A stretch of DNA of 64,000 bases from an uncultured Gemmatimonadales bacterium (GTDB taxonomy: Bacteria; Gemmatimonadota; Gemmatimonadetes; Gemmatimonadales; GWC2-71-9). Positions within the stretch are counted from its first letter, which is position 1, and every line of letters begins with the position of its first letter. The DNA lies in assembly GCA_963695555.1 (NCBI GenBank), contig CAVOGR010000007.1:288001-352000 (forward strand), read 5' to 3'. Both the position numbers and the translations under genes were made by a program. The notes under the pieces are model-generated. The model did not search any database. It had not been told where the DNA came from and saw nothing but the letters and a program-made list of their open reading frames with translations. Shown one piece after another: positions 9,708-20,453 of this stretch.

Positions 9708-10727
9708 ATGGGAACCAACATCATCCTGAGCAAGAAGGGGCCGGTGTCCCCGCCTGCGAGCTCGCCCAATGACACCCGGTATCCCGTTCCGGCCGTGGTG
9801 GCCGGCACGATCACCGGCCTGGGCGCAGCGGGCCTGGTACTTCTGACCCCCCTCGCGGCCGCCGCCGCGTGGCTGGCGCCGACGGTGGGCGTGCTCTTCG
9901 CCGCGCTGGTCGGCTCCTCCATCAAGTATGCCGACCAATGGGAAAAGGCGGTCGTCCTTCGACTCGGGAAATACCAAGGCCTTCGGGGTCCCGGCCTATT
10001 CACGGTCATCCCGATCATCGATCGGGTGACCTACCACATCGACCAACGGATTCGTACCACCGATTTCGGCGCCGAGTCGTGCCTGACCAAGGATACGGTT
10101 CCGGTAAACGTCGACGCGATCGCGTTCTGGGTGGTGTACGACGCGGAGCGGGCGGCCCTCGAAGTGCAGCAATACGAGCAAGCCGTGGTGCTTGCCGCGC
10201 AGACCGCACTGCGAGATGCCATCGGCAAACACGACCTGGCCGAGTTGATTCAGTCGCGGAAGGAACTGGGACGCGTGCTTCAGGAGACGCTCGACAAGAA
10301 GATGCACGACTGGGGAATCCAGGTGCAGTCGGTCGAAATCCGCGACGTGATCATCCCCAAGGCGCTCGAGGAAGCGATGTCGCGCCAGGCGCAGGCGGAG
10401 CGGGAGCGTCAGGCACGCATCATCCTCGGCACTGCCGAAACCGAGATCGCGTCGAAGTTCGTGGCCGCCGCGGAGACGTACAGTGAAAACCCGGTCGCCA
10501 TGAATCTCCGGGCCATGAACATGCTGTACGAGAGCATCGTGAAGCGCGGCTCGCTCATGGTGGTGCCCTCGGGCCTGGCCGACTCGCTGAACATGCCCGG
10601 CATCATGGGCTTGACGGGGGCGGCTTCGGCCCACGGCCTCATGCCGCGACCCGAGGCGGATGATGAGAAGGAAGGCTCGAGCCAAACAATTCGAGACTTC
10701 CCGCCCGGCAACACGTCATCGGAGTAG
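9708..10727 (+). CDS. SPFH/stomatin-like (slipin) protein
   Basis: EKAVVLRLGKY...GPGL...LTKD.VPV.VDA...AQTALRDAIG...EIRDV...MSRQAQAERERQARII. Confidence 0.9.
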   Translation: MGTNIILSKKGPVSPPASSPNDTRYPVPAVVAGTITGLGAAGLVLLTPLAAAAAWLAPTVGVLFAALVGSSIKYADQWEKAVVLRLGKYQGLRGPGLFTVIPIIDRVTYHIDQRIRTTDFGAESCLTKDTVPVNVDAIAFWVVYDAERAALEVQQYEQAVVLAAQTALRDAIGKHDLAELIQSRKELGRVLQETLDKKMHDWGIQVQSVEIRDVIIPKALEEAMSRQAQAERERQARIILGTAETEIASKFVAAAETYSENPVAMNLRAMNMLYESIVKRGSLMVVPSGLADSLNMPGIMGLTGAASAHGLMPRPEADDEKEGSSQTIRDFPPGNTSSE

Positions 10728-11120
10728 CTCCGGGCGTACCAATCATGGCGGCACGGCGCCGGCTCGTGAAGGGACGCCGGACCGCCTACCACACCCGAGC
10801 ATGGGATCCTGCACTCGGGAGGCCCTGCCCACCGCCTCTCGTCTGTTGCGCCGCTTCCCGGCGCATGTTGCGCGCTCGCACACCTGAGGCGTCCCTCCGC
10901 TTCACCAAGCCCGCATGAGTACACCATCATGCCCCGCTCCAGCCCTAAATCCTACGTCGAACCTCTGGATTCCGATGGAACCAGCCGCTGGCATCCTTTT
11001 GGCTCCGTCAACCTGCCTAATCGATAGTCACTAAGACCTACGTGACCGCCAGGCAGGAGACCATTCGTGGTTGAGCCTGGCGCGCAGCACGCGTTTGTCC
11101 CGGCAACAGGAACGGAAACC

Positions 11121-12728
11121 ATGCCTGCGAACAAGACGGACTCGAGAACCCGCACGCTCGAAGTTCTGCCCGCGCTCGCCCCCGAGTACCAAGGGATCCT
11201 GACTCCCGAGGCTCTTCGATTCGTGGAGCGGTTGATGCGCAGGTTCGGTCCCACGCGGGATGAGCTCTTGCTGGCCCGGATCCGACGCCAGCATGAGATC
11301 GACGCCGGCGGTGTGCTCGACTTCCTCGCCGAGACGGCCCAAGTCCGGAGCGCCGAGTGGACGGTCGCGGACGTGCCGGCGGATCTGACCGACCGTCGAG
11401 TGGAGATCACGGGCCCGGTCGACCGCAAGATGATCATCAACGCGCTGAATTCCGGCGCGAATGTGTTCATGGCGGATTTCGAGGATTCCAACGCGCCGAC
11501 CTGGGACAACGTCATCCAGGGCCAGATCAACCTGCGCGATGCGGTCCGCCGGACCATCACGTTTACCAGCACCGAGGGCAAGCAGTACGCGCTCGCACCG
11601 AAGACCGCGACCCTGATGGTCCGGCCGCGAGGCTGGCACCTGATCGAAAAGCATGTGCGCCTCGACGGCGTTCCGGTTTCCGCCAGCTTGTTCGACTTCG
11701 GGCTCTACTTCTTCCACAACGCGCAGGCACTTCTCGAACGCGGAAGTGGCCCGTATTTCTACCTGCCCAAACTCCAAAGTCACCTGGAGGCTCGACTGTG
11801 GAACGAGGTCTTCGTGATGGCGCAGAACGAACTCGGGATCCCGCTGGGGTCGATCCGCGCGACCGTCCTCATCGAGACGCTGCCCGCGGCCTTCGAGATG
11901 GACGAGATCTTGTACGAACTGCGGGACCACTCCGCCGGGCTCAACTGCGGTCGCTGGGACTACATCTTCAGCCTCATCAAGACGTTCTGGAAGAACCCCG
12001 GATTCATACTGCCGGATCGGGCGCTCGTCAGCATGACGACCCACTGCATGCACTCATACTCTCGTCTCGCAATCCAGACCTGTCACCGCCGCGGCATCCA
12101 CGCCATCGGAGGCATGGCGGCCCAGATCCCCATCAAGCACGATACCGAGGCCAACGAGCGGGCCCTGACCAAGGTGCGGGAGGACAAACTCCGTGAGGTC
12201 GGAGACGGGCACGACGGAACCTGGGTGGCGCATCCGGGGCTGGTCGAGCTCGCGAAGACCATCTTCGACGAGGGAATGCCCGGACCGGACCAGATCCATC
12301 GCAAGCGCGAGGATGTGCGGATCACCGCCAAGGATCTCTTGACCGTGCCCCAGGGACCGATCACCGAGCGTGGCGTGAGGCACAACATCGATGTCGGTCT
12401 CCAGTACATGGCGGCCTGGCTCAGCGGCAACGGCTGCGTCCCCATCTACAACCTGATGGAAGATGCCGCCACGGCCGAAATCTCCCGGTCCCAGCTGTGG
12501 CAATGGCTCCACCACGCCGGCGTCACGCTGGAGGACGGGCGACCCATGACGTCGACTTTGATGCACGCCCTGTTCGACGAGGAGAGCCAGCGGCTGCGTG
12601 AAACCGTCGGAGACGTCCGCTTCGAAGCGGAACGGTATGGCCTGGCGCGGAAACTCATCGAAAACATCGTGAGGAAGGACTCGTTCACCGCATTCATGAC
12701 GACCGTGGGATACGAACACCTGGATTGA
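11121..12728 (+). CDS. aceB: Malate synthase A
   Basis: [36 protein letters not shown] and [12 protein letters not shown] motifs. Confidence 0.97.
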   Translation: MPANKTDSRTRTLEVLPALAPEYQGILTPEALRFVERLMRRFGPTRDELLLARIRRQHEIDAGGVLDFLAETAQVRSAEWTVADVPADLTDRRVEITGPVDRKMIINALNSGANVFMADFEDSNAPTWDNVIQGQINLRDAVRRTITFTSTEGKQYALAPKTATLMVRPRGWHLIEKHVRLDGVPVSASLFDFGLYFFHNAQALLERGSGPYFYLPKLQSHLEARLWNEVFVMAQNELGIPLGSIRATVLIETLPAAFEMDEILYELRDHSAGLNCGRWDYIFSLIKTFWKNPGFILPDRALVSMTTHCMHSYSRLAIQTCHRRGIHAIGGMAAQIPIKHDTEANERALTKVREDKLREVGDGHDGTWVAHPGLVELAKTIFDEGMPGPDQIHRKREDVRITAKDLLTVPQGPITERGVRHNIDVGLQYMAAWLSGNGCVPIYNLMEDAATAEISRSQLWQWLHHAGVTLEDGRPMTSTLMHALFDEESQRLRETVGDVRFEAERYGLARKLIENIVRKDSFTAFMTTVGYEHLD

Positions 12729-12753
12729 TCGACTTCCAGCAAAGGAGCACCCG

Positions 12754-14088
12754 ATGGGCGACAAGCAGAATGGTATTCTCGAGCTCGAGCAGAGCTGGAA
12801 GACCGACCAACGATGGCAGGGAATCAGCCGGCCCTACTCCGCCGCGGATGTGTTCAGGCTCCGGGGCTCCGTGCAGATTCAGCACACCTTGGCCACCCTG
12901 GGCGCCCGGCGGCTCTGGGACCTGTTGCACACGACACCCTACGTGAACGCGCTCGGCGCCTTGACCGGGTCGCAGGCCGTCCAGATGGTCCAGGCCGGCC
13001 TTCCGTCGATCTACTGCAGCGGCTGGCAGGTGGCGGGGGACATGAACAGTGCCGGTCAGACGTATCCCGATCAGAGCATCTACCCGGTCGACAGTGTGCC
13101 CACCCTAGTGCGCCGGATCAACAACGCGCTCCAGCGCTCCGATCAGATCACCCACGAGACTGGCAACGACGACAGCCGGCCCTGCTGGTTCGCGCCCATC
13201 GTAGCCGACGCCGAGGCTGGGTTCGGTGGCGTGCTGAACGCGTTCGAGTTGATGAAGGCGATGATTGCCGCGGGTGCGGCCGGCGTCCATTTCGAGGACC
13301 AGTTGTCGTCATTCAAGAAGTGCGGCCACATGGGCGGCAAGGTGCTGGCCCCGACCGGCGAGGCCATCAACAAGCTGGTGGCCGCCCGGTTGGCGGCGGA
13401 CGTCGAGGGCGTCCCCACCGTGCTCATCGCACGCACCGACGCCAACTCCGCGACCCTGTTGGCCAACGACGTCGACGAGCGGGATCACGTGTTCCTGACG
13501 GGTGAGCGAACCCCGGAAGGCTTCTTCCACGTGCGCACCGGGTTGGATCAGGCGATCGCTCGCGGGCTCGCCTACGCGCCCTACGCCGATCTGCTCTGGT
13601 GCGAAACCGCCCACCCGGATCTGGAGGAAGCGCGTCGGTTTGCGGAGGCCATCCGGGCCCGGTACCCGGGCAAGATGCTGGCCTATAACTGTTCCCCGTC
13701 CTTCAACTGGCGGCGGCATCTGGATGAGGCCACCATTGCCAAGTTCCAGCGGGAGCTGGGGGCCATGGGGTACACATACCAGTTCGTGACCCTGGCCGGC
13801 TTTCATTCGGTCAACGCCGCCATGTTCGAGTTGGCCCAGGGCTACCGTGAGAGCGGCATGGTGGCCTACGCCGGGCTCCAGGACCACGAGTTCGCGCTCG
13901 AGGAGCGCTATGGGTATCGCGCCGTCAAGCACCAGTCGTTCGTGGGCGCCGGGTACTTCGACGACCTGACCCAAGTGATCACGGGCGGCCGGACCGCAAC
14001 CACAGCGATGGCAGGCTCCACGGAGGAAGAACAGTTCGAGGAAGGGACGGCCGGGGTCGAGGAGGAGCACCACCGCCGGGCCGGCTAA
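12754..14088 (+). CDS. aceA: Isocitrate lyase
   Basis: [11 protein letters not shown] catalytic motif, [21 protein letters not shown]. Confidence 0.97.
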   Translation: MGDKQNGILELEQSWKTDQRWQGISRPYSAADVFRLRGSVQIQHTLATLGARRLWDLLHTTPYVNALGALTGSQAVQMVQAGLPSIYCSGWQVAGDMNSAGQTYPDQSIYPVDSVPTLVRRINNALQRSDQITHETGNDDSRPCWFAPIVADAEAGFGGVLNAFELMKAMIAAGAAGVHFEDQLSSFKKCGHMGGKVLAPTGEAINKLVAARLAADVEGVPTVLIARTDANSATLLANDVDERDHVFLTGERTPEGFFHVRTGLDQAIARGLAYAPYADLLWCETAHPDLEEARRFAEAIRARYPGKMLAYNCSPSFNWRRHLDEATIAKFQRELGAMGYTYQFVTLAGFHSVNAAMFELAQGYRESGMVAYAGLQDHEFALEERYGYRAVKHQSFVGAGYFDDLTQVITGGRTATTAMAGSTEEEQFEEGTAGVEEEHHRRAG

Positions 14089-14112
14089 CGACGCACTGGC
14101 CGAGTCGGACGC

Positions 14113-14158
14113 AACGGCACCAGGGGGGGCTTCCCGTGAGGCTCCCCCTGGTGCCGTT
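14113..14158 (+). terminator. Hairpin after aceA
   Basis: AACGGCACCAGGGGG...CCCCCTGGTGCCGTT stem; core is nearly identical to the hairpin at 16627. Confidence 0.6.
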
Positions 14159-14317
14159 TCCCTCGCGCCCATCCCGTGACTGGTGGGCCAAGCCAACGGC
14201 CCGCTTTCCTATCTAATGGAAGCGTTCCGGTTCGGCTATATTCTACCCCGCCAGCAGGTCATCACATCTTACCTTTCCGCCCGGCGCCATGTGGCGCCGG
14301 CTTGACTGAGTCCCCCC

Positions 14318-16588
14318 ATGGCCCACGTCTCACACCGCCTGTCCACCGCGTTTCAGGGTGCCCTTGCCGGAGGGGGCGATCCGGCCACCTCGCCGCTCTA
14401 CGTCTTCGGACCGTTCCTCAAGCTGATCGTGATCGCGGGCGTCGCCGAGGTGACGTTCGGCGCCAGCATCTGGCTCGTGGTCTTCACGGTGGTGATGGTG
14501 TCGGCCATGTACCGCCTGGTGATGCGGTGGGTGGTGGACGGGAGCGGCGGCAGCGGGCTGACCGAGGAGGAGTTCGGTTCGTGGGCGGTGAAGGTGAATG
14601 CGGGCATCACGTTTGTCGAATACACCTTGACCTTCCTGGTCAGCATCGCAGCCCTGGTGACCTTCATCGCCGACCGTTTTCCGGCGCTCAACACGGTCAT
14701 CGCGGGCGTCCAGTACCGGACGTTCCTTGCCGTGCTCATCAGCATCGGCATCGGCTGGCTGGTCAACCGTGGCCCGAAGACGGCCGCGCGCGCATTCGGC
14801 CCGGCCACCTTCGCGGTGCTGCTCCTCCTCTGGACCATGATCGCCGCGACAATATGGCAGCGGGGTCTCCACCTGCCGTCCTTCGACCTGCAGGCGTTCA
14901 CACCGAATTACCTCCACTTCACCCTGGCCGGCTATGCGCGGATCCTGGCGCTGATGACCGGCATCGAGATCTTCGCCAACCTCGTGGCCGCCTACGACGG
15001 CACCAATGCCGAGCGCAGCAAGAAGGCGTTCGGCAGCCTGATCATCATCATGGGTACCACCTGCCTGACGATGCTCATCGTGGGTCCCGCCATCCTCGCG
15101 GAGGCCGACCTGAGCGACACCCACGTGTCGGTCTTCACGCAGACGATGGACCACTTGTTGCCATCTCCCCTGCCGTTCGTGGGTACGCTGATCGGCGTGC
15201 TGGTGCTGGCATCAGCCGCCGCCGCGAGCGCGCAAGGCATCCAGAATCTGGCGCTCGGCCTCCGCTACCGGCGCTACATCCCGGCGTGGTTGGGTTCCCG
15301 CAATTTCTTCGACGTGGCTGACAAGCCGGTCTGGGTAGAAGTCGGCATCGTCGCCCTGTGCTACCTGGTCTTCGGCACCCACGAGGAGACGTATCTCGCC
15401 ATCTATGCCGCCGGGGTATTCATCCTGCTCAGCATGACTGGCTGGGCCGCGGCCAAGCGCCTGTTCCGGGAACTGCGCGTGACGTTCACGCCGGGCGGCG
15501 CCGCAACCCTGGTGGGCACCGTCCTCGCCGCGCTACTCACAACCGCGGCCACGGTCATCATCTTCGAGGAGCGGTTCTTCGAGGGGGCATGGACCTATCT
15601 GCTCTTCATTCCGGCCCTGTACGTTGTCTTCAGCCGGTTCCGCGAGCGTCTCGGCACCCCCAAGCCGCTCGACGAGCACCTCGGCCGCTTCTTCGTGGGA
15701 CAGTACCTCCTGCCCTTCCAGCGCGACGATCTGCCGCAGGGCGACTTCGGGATCGAGCGGATCATGGTGCCGCTCGACGGCTCCGCGCTGGCAGAGCATG
15801 CCCTACCGGTTGCGGAATTGCTGGCGCGGACCGTGGGCGGCCGGATCGACCTCATGTCCGTCCGTGACCCCCACGACGAAGGCACCGGCGAGCCGGGCGC
15901 GGCGGCGCGATCCGCCACCGAGGCGTATCTCAACCGGTTGGCCGAGACGCTTCGGCAGCGCGGATTGACGGCGGGTATCAGCATGCGGAGCGGAAACATT
16001 CCCGAGGAAATCGGCCGTCACGGCATCGAGAGTCACGCCGACGTGATCGTGATGGCCACCCGCGGACGGTCGCGGGTGGACCGGCTCCTCGGCCGGAACA
16101 TCGCCACCGCGGTGGTGCGGCAAACGGAGCTGCCGGTGCTCGTCATCCGCCCGACCGACGTGTGGACCAGCCGCCATACCGCGTTCAAGAAACTCCTGGT
16201 GTCCCTCGATGGGTCGGTCGACTCGGAAGAGGTGCTTCCCCCGGCGCGGATCCTGGCGCGCTATTTCGGGAGCACGGTCGTGCTGCTCGCGGTGCCCGAA
16301 GCGGAGAGCGAGGTGCCTCGCCTGCAGCACTACCTCGAGTCGGTCGCAGCCGCGCTCCAGGCCATTGGGATCGCGGTGGAGACCCGCGTCACGGGCTCGG
16401 GCGCGAGCCGGACCATTACCAGTGTCGCCGCATCGGAGGAATGCGACCTGATCATGATGGCGACGCGCGGACGCGGAGCCCCGGAAGAGATCGGGGTCGA
16501 AGTCGGCAGCGTCACCGAAAGTGTCGTGCTCTCGGCCCATTGCCCGGTGTTCGCGGTGACGGTGGTTGGGTTCGGCCGAAAGAAATGA
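14318..16588 (+). CDS. APC-superfamily (KUP/KimA-like) transporter fused to two universal stress protein domains
   Basis: About 12 TM helices with GDPATSPLY, VEYTLT, TGIEIFAN and YAAGVF motifs; then two USP domains (IMVPLDGS...VMATRGRS; LLVSLDGS...MMATRGRG...GSVTESV). Confidence 0.85.
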   Translation: MAHVSHRLSTAFQGALAGGGDPATSPLYVFGPFLKLIVIAGVAEVTFGASIWLVVFTVVMVSAMYRLVMRWVVDGSGGSGLTEEEFGSWAVKVNAGITFVEYTLTFLVSIAALVTFIADRFPALNTVIAGVQYRTFLAVLISIGIGWLVNRGPKTAARAFGPATFAVLLLLWTMIAATIWQRGLHLPSFDLQAFTPNYLHFTLAGYARILALMTGIEIFANLVAAYDGTNAERSKKAFGSLIIIMGTTCLTMLIVGPAILAEADLSDTHVSVFTQTMDHLLPSPLPFVGTLIGVLVLASAAAASAQGIQNLALGLRYRRYIPAWLGSRNFFDVADKPVWVEVGIVALCYLVFGTHEETYLAIYAAGVFILLSMTGWAAAKRLFRELRVTFTPGGAATLVGTVLAALLTTAATVIIFEERFFEGAWTYLLFIPALYVVFSRFRERLGTPKPLDEHLGRFFVGQYLLPFQRDDLPQGDFGIERIMVPLDGSALAEHALPVAELLARTVGGRIDLMSVRDPHDEGTGEPGAAARSATEAYLNRLAETLRQRGLTAGISMRSGNIPEEIGRHGIESHADVIVMATRGRSRVDRLLGRNIATAVVRQTELPVLVIRPTDVWTSRHTAFKKLLVSLDGSVDSEEVLPPARILARYFGSTVVLLAVPEAESEVPRLQHYLESVAAALQAIGIAVETRVTGSGASRTITSVAASEECDLIMMATRGRGAPEEIGVEVGSVTESVVLSAHCPVFAVTVVGFGRKK

Positions 16589-16626
16589 TCGAGTCCGTCA
16601 ACCACGCGGGTCGGAACCACGCCAGA

Positions 16627-16652
16627 GGGGGAGCTTCCCATGAAGCTCCCCC
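16627..16652. terminator. Hairpin between convergent genes
   Basis: GGGGGAGCTTC-CCAT-GAAGCTCCCCC perfect 11-bp stem. Confidence 0.6.
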
Positions 16653-16685
16653 GTGCCGCCAAACGCTCGAGCCTGGCTGGTTACA

Positions 16686-17561
16686 TCACTCCAACCGCGT
16701 CCCGCGGGCGAACACCGTATCGTCTTCGTCTCGGAATTCGAATCCGGTGGCGTGCCCGGAATCGATGGTGAACTCGAGAACGGCCCTCCACACATCATAG
16801 AGCGCCCCGCCCTTCAGGAACCCGGCGTTGTACCATTCGTCCGTCAGGCGGATGAGCACCATCTCATCGGCCATGCGTTCGGCGAAACCCCACCGCACCT
16901 TCAACATGCCTCCCTCGTAGTACGTCTCGAAGCGTCCCGGCGGCGGCATATTCTCGTCAACGAAGGCGATCTGGTACGTGCCGATGTACGGTTCGACGAT
17001 GTCTTTAGCGACGGTGAGGACCTGCGACGGCTCGACATCGAACCGAAGCCTGACCTCGGTCGTGGCCCACCTCAGGCTCAGCACTGTTCCGGACGGCTCC
17101 ACTACGGGGAAGGAAAAGGTCAGGACGTCCATCTGCGGTGCCGCCGTCGGCGTGACCTTGAATCGCACCTGGTCGTCGCTCGGACCCGGGTGGGCAAGAT
17201 GAAAGAGCCGGTGCTTCGGGTGGAACACCACCTCCCACTGCTTGGGCTGGACTACCATCCAGAGCGAGTACTTGCCCTTTGGGAGCGCGTGTCCGTTGAC
17301 CGTGACGTCCTTGTCGACCTCGACCGTCGTGGCCCAGTTGGCCCCGGGGGTCCAGACCTCACCCCAGTAGACGAAGCCTCCGAACACCGGCTCGCGGCCG
17401 CGCGCCACCGGCCTCGAGGCCACCACCGTGATGGTGGTGCCGTCGACCGTTTGGACAACCGTGCCCAACTCGCTGGCGCGGACCTGGGCCGGGGCATTGC
17501 GGGGAGAGGCAACGAACAAGGCGACGACGAACGAGAATGATGCCAGCTGTCGAACGGTCAT
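16686..17561 (-). CDS. DUF2911 domain secreted protein
   Basis: RAS..GTV.QTV..T.ITV..SRP..RGR..FG..V.WGEVWTPGANWAT...G.YSLW pattern. Confidence 0.8.
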   Translation of the reverse strand: MTVRQLASFSFVVALFVASPRNAPAQVRASELGTVVQTVDGTTITVVASRPVARGREPVFGGFVYWGEVWTPGANWATTVEVDKDVTVNGHALPKGKYSLWMVVQPKQWEVVFHPKHRLFHLAHPGPSDDQVRFKVTPTAAPQMDVLTFSFPVVEPSGTVLSLRWATTEVRLRFDVEPSQVLTVAKDIVEPYIGTYQIAFVDENMPPPGRFETYYEGGMLKVRWGFAERMADEMVLIRLTDEWYNAGFLKGGALYDVWRAVLEFTIDSGHATGFEFRDEDDTVFARGTRLE

Positions 17562-17621
17562 GGAAAGCCTTTCGATGGTGAAGGAAACTGGGATGCCGGA
17601 GGCTGAAATTCGAATGAGGGC

Positions 17622-18059
17622 TCAGGCAAACCGCGCGTCGATCGCGTCTCGGATGCGGTCCAACGACCATCCGCGTCTGTACAGCCGGAAGGCGAGCCTG
17701 CCCTGGCCCTGGCAGATTTCACAGAACCGGGCCATGCCGCCCTCCTCGTAGCACGTGAGCAGCGAGTAATACTCCGGTAGCTCCGCGCAGCCGCAGTGAC
17801 AGCGGATGCCGTCCACAATGTGCGGGATCCGCCGCACGCCGTCATAGGCATCGATAACGTCGGGGAAATCCCTGAGCTCGTCCGCGGTGAGTACCTTGGA
17901 TGCGTCGATGCCGGGGCGGGGCTCCGGATGCGGATGCGGGCCTGGCTGCCGCAACGCGAAATGCGGGCAGCGCGGCCGTGGGATCGCTCCCCATGCGACC
18001 GTCAGGAACGCGGTCGGGATGAAGGCCAGGAATTGCCTGCGGGGTATCGGGCTCGCCAT
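17622..18059 (-). CDS. PCYCGC-motif Cys-rich protein with Tat-like leader
   Basis: RCHCGC...SLLTCY...CEIC; N-terminal PRRQFL; AGGAG RBS before ATG 18059. Confidence 0.7.
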   Translation of the reverse strand: MASPIPRRQFLAFIPTAFLTVAWGAIPRPRCPHFALRQPGPHPHPEPRPGIDASKVLTADELRDFPDVIDAYDGVRRIPHIVDGIRCHCGCAELPEYYSLLTCYEEGGMARFCEICQGQGRLAFRLYRRGWSLDRIRDAIDARFA

Positions 18060-18199
18060 GACTCTCCTGTGGATCCGGGCCGTGGCCCGCGAGGAACGCG
18101 ATAGGACCACATAAGCTAAAGGGACAGTTCCACCAGTAAAAACCCTCGAGGCAAGAGGCCAAACATCCAGTTGGGCAGGCCCAATGCGCGATAGCCACG

Positions 18200-18256
18200 A
18201 AAGACAACGAAAAATGGACTAAAATAGCCCGAAAACAACCCGAAAATACCGAATTT
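18200..18256. promoter_or_regulatory. Phased A-tract (putative curved DNA) in divergent intergenic region
   Basis: A-tracts start at 18200, 18210, 18221, 18232, 18243 and 18252. Confidence 0.45.
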
Positions 18257-18409
18257 CCGACCTCTCTATCGTCGTGAATACGTTCGAGTGAATGGGCGGC
18301 AGGCTGGTTTCACAGCGAATTCAGGCCCCCTTCACCCCGGAACGGCCAACCTCAGGCGGAGCAGCAGGGCCCACCCACTGGGCTTGTAACGTTCACTCTC
18401 GGAGATGAT

Positions 18410-20110
18410 ATGACGAAGCCCCGCTCGGATTCGACTGGAGACCTGCGGCTGGTCGCCCTGCTGATTACCGTCGGACTCTGCTGCATCACCGTCCCTGCCC
18501 TCGGTCAGCAGCCGGCCGCGCCTCCGCCACCGGTACTCCATCCGCCCGACGTGTCCGGCGGGCCGTTGCTTCCGGAACAAGCCAGCTACGATGTGACCTT
18601 CTACGACTTGGCACTCCGAATCGACCCGGCCGACAGCACGATTCGCGGGTCGGTGACGGTGTATGCCGACGTGGTCCAGCCGATGAACCACTTGGTGCTC
18701 GATCTCGACACGGTATTCACGGTGACCACGATCGCTCGGGTCGGCGATGGTGCCGGTTCCCTGCCCTTCGAGCGGCGCGGCGGCAGGCTTTGGATCACGG
18801 TCCCAACCCTTCAGCCCGGACAACAGGTCGGAGCCCGGGTCGAGTATCACGGGCGGCCCCGGACCGCGGGGCGCGGACGGTTCATCTGGTCCACGACCGA
18901 GGCGGGGCAACCGTGGCTGGGTGTCTCCTGCGAAATGTTCGGCGCGGATCTCTGGTGGCCGGTCAAGGACCATCCGTCCGACGAGCCCGATTCGCTGGCA
19001 CTCAACTTCACCGTGCCGAGGCCGCTGGTCGCCGCCAGCAATGGACGCCTGCGCGGGGTGACGGACAACGCCGACGATACCCGGACCTATCGGTGGTTTT
19101 CATCGATGCCGGTCAACAACTACGGCGTGAGCGTCAACGTGGCCCCATACGTGACCGTCACCCGCCAGTATGAGAGCGTCGCCGGCGACACGTTTCCGGT
19201 CACCTTCTGGGTGCTGCCCGAGCACGAGGCCCAGGCGCGGGCGGCACTCCCGGAATTTCTGGACCATCTTCGCTTCTTCGAGGAGCTGCTGGGTCCCTAC
19301 CCGTTCCGGAGCGACAAGTACGGCATCGCAGAGGTGCCGTACCTCGGCATGGAGCACCAAACCATCATCGCCTACGGCGCCAACTTCCGGAACGACGCCA
19401 TGGCGCGGATCGACTGGGGCTTCGACGCGCTCCATCAGCACGAGCTGGCGCATGAGTGGTTCGGCAACATGCTCACTCCGCCGGACTTCAACGACATTTG
19501 GTTGCACGAGGGCTTTGCCCAGTACATGCAGCCGCTCTACGCGGAGAGCCGGCTCGGCCAGGACAAGGCACGCGAGCTGATGCGGCTGATGGAAGCTCGG
19601 ATCCGGAACCAACCGGCCATCGCCGCGCGCCGGTCCGAGACCACGGCCGAGGCATACAACTCCGAGATTTATTACAAAGGCGCCTGGATCCTTCACTCGC
19701 TGCGCTTCGTGATGGGGGACAGCGCATTCAGAACTCTCTTGCACCAGTGGACCTATCCCGACCCGCCGGTCCCTGTGACCAACCAAGCCTGTCGCTGCCG
19801 CTTCCTGACCACCGACGACTTCATACGCCTCGCCAGCCGGATGGCGGGTCAGGACCTCGGGTGGTTTTTCGACGTGTACGTGCGCCAGCCGGCGTTGCCG
19901 ACGCTGGTCATGACCCGGGATGGTGAGCAGGTCGAGTTGCGATGGGACGTGCCAGACGACATGCCGTTCCCCATGCCGGTAGATGTGGCGGTCAACGGCG
20001 AGCGTCGGCGGATCGCAATGCCGGACGGGAGGACGCGCATCACTGTTCCCTCCGGCAGCGACATCGAGGTCGACCCGGAGGAGTGGATTCTCCGGGCGCG
20101 TCCCGAGTGA
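18410..20110 (+). CDS. M1 family zinc aminopeptidase, secreted
   Basis: GMEHQT exopeptidase motif, HELAHEWFG, WLHEGFA, YYKGA. Confidence 0.93.
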   Translation: MTKPRSDSTGDLRLVALLITVGLCCITVPALGQQPAAPPPPVLHPPDVSGGPLLPEQASYDVTFYDLALRIDPADSTIRGSVTVYADVVQPMNHLVLDLDTVFTVTTIARVGDGAGSLPFERRGGRLWITVPTLQPGQQVGARVEYHGRPRTAGRGRFIWSTTEAGQPWLGVSCEMFGADLWWPVKDHPSDEPDSLALNFTVPRPLVAASNGRLRGVTDNADDTRTYRWFSSMPVNNYGVSVNVAPYVTVTRQYESVAGDTFPVTFWVLPEHEAQARAALPEFLDHLRFFEELLGPYPFRSDKYGIAEVPYLGMEHQTIIAYGANFRNDAMARIDWGFDALHQHELAHEWFGNMLTPPDFNDIWLHEGFAQYMQPLYAESRLGQDKARELMRLMEARIRNQPAIAARRSETTAEAYNSEIYYKGAWILHSLRFVMGDSAFRTLLHQWTYPDPPVPVTNQACRCRFLTTDDFIRLASRMAGQDLGWFFDVYVRQPALPTLVMTRDGEQVELRWDVPDDMPFPMPVDVAVNGERRRIAMPDGRTRITVPSGSDIEVDPEEWILRARPE

Positions 20111-20453
20111 TACGGCTCCGCTAGCGAGGGGACCTCGGTGCCCGTCTTCGTGGCACCGTTTCCGTCGCAGTTAGAGTACTGCGTGTGGGAGCGTTCCGGG
20201 CATTTCTCCCTGGCTCGCACGCCAGGGACGAGACGAGTTCTTCGCCGTACTGCGTGCTTGGCTGGCACGGCACGACCGTCGCGACTGCCCGACACCACCC
20301 TACCGCCGCACTCTGAATCGATCACCCGCCTCCCTTATAGACGGCTTCATCCTTTTTTCAGCCCGGGTCCGAGATGTTGGGTCCATCGCCCCTGGCGCGG
20401 AGCATCAGCCATGCAGCTCCCCGCCCCGGGTTCCCACTCCACGAGGAAGGATC

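Noticed and set aside
10988..11004. Sigma-54 promoter before aceB (CTGGCAT...TGGCT)
   Set aside because: GG-N10-GC spacing fits, but the -12 element is poor and such matches are common at high GC; too weak to list.
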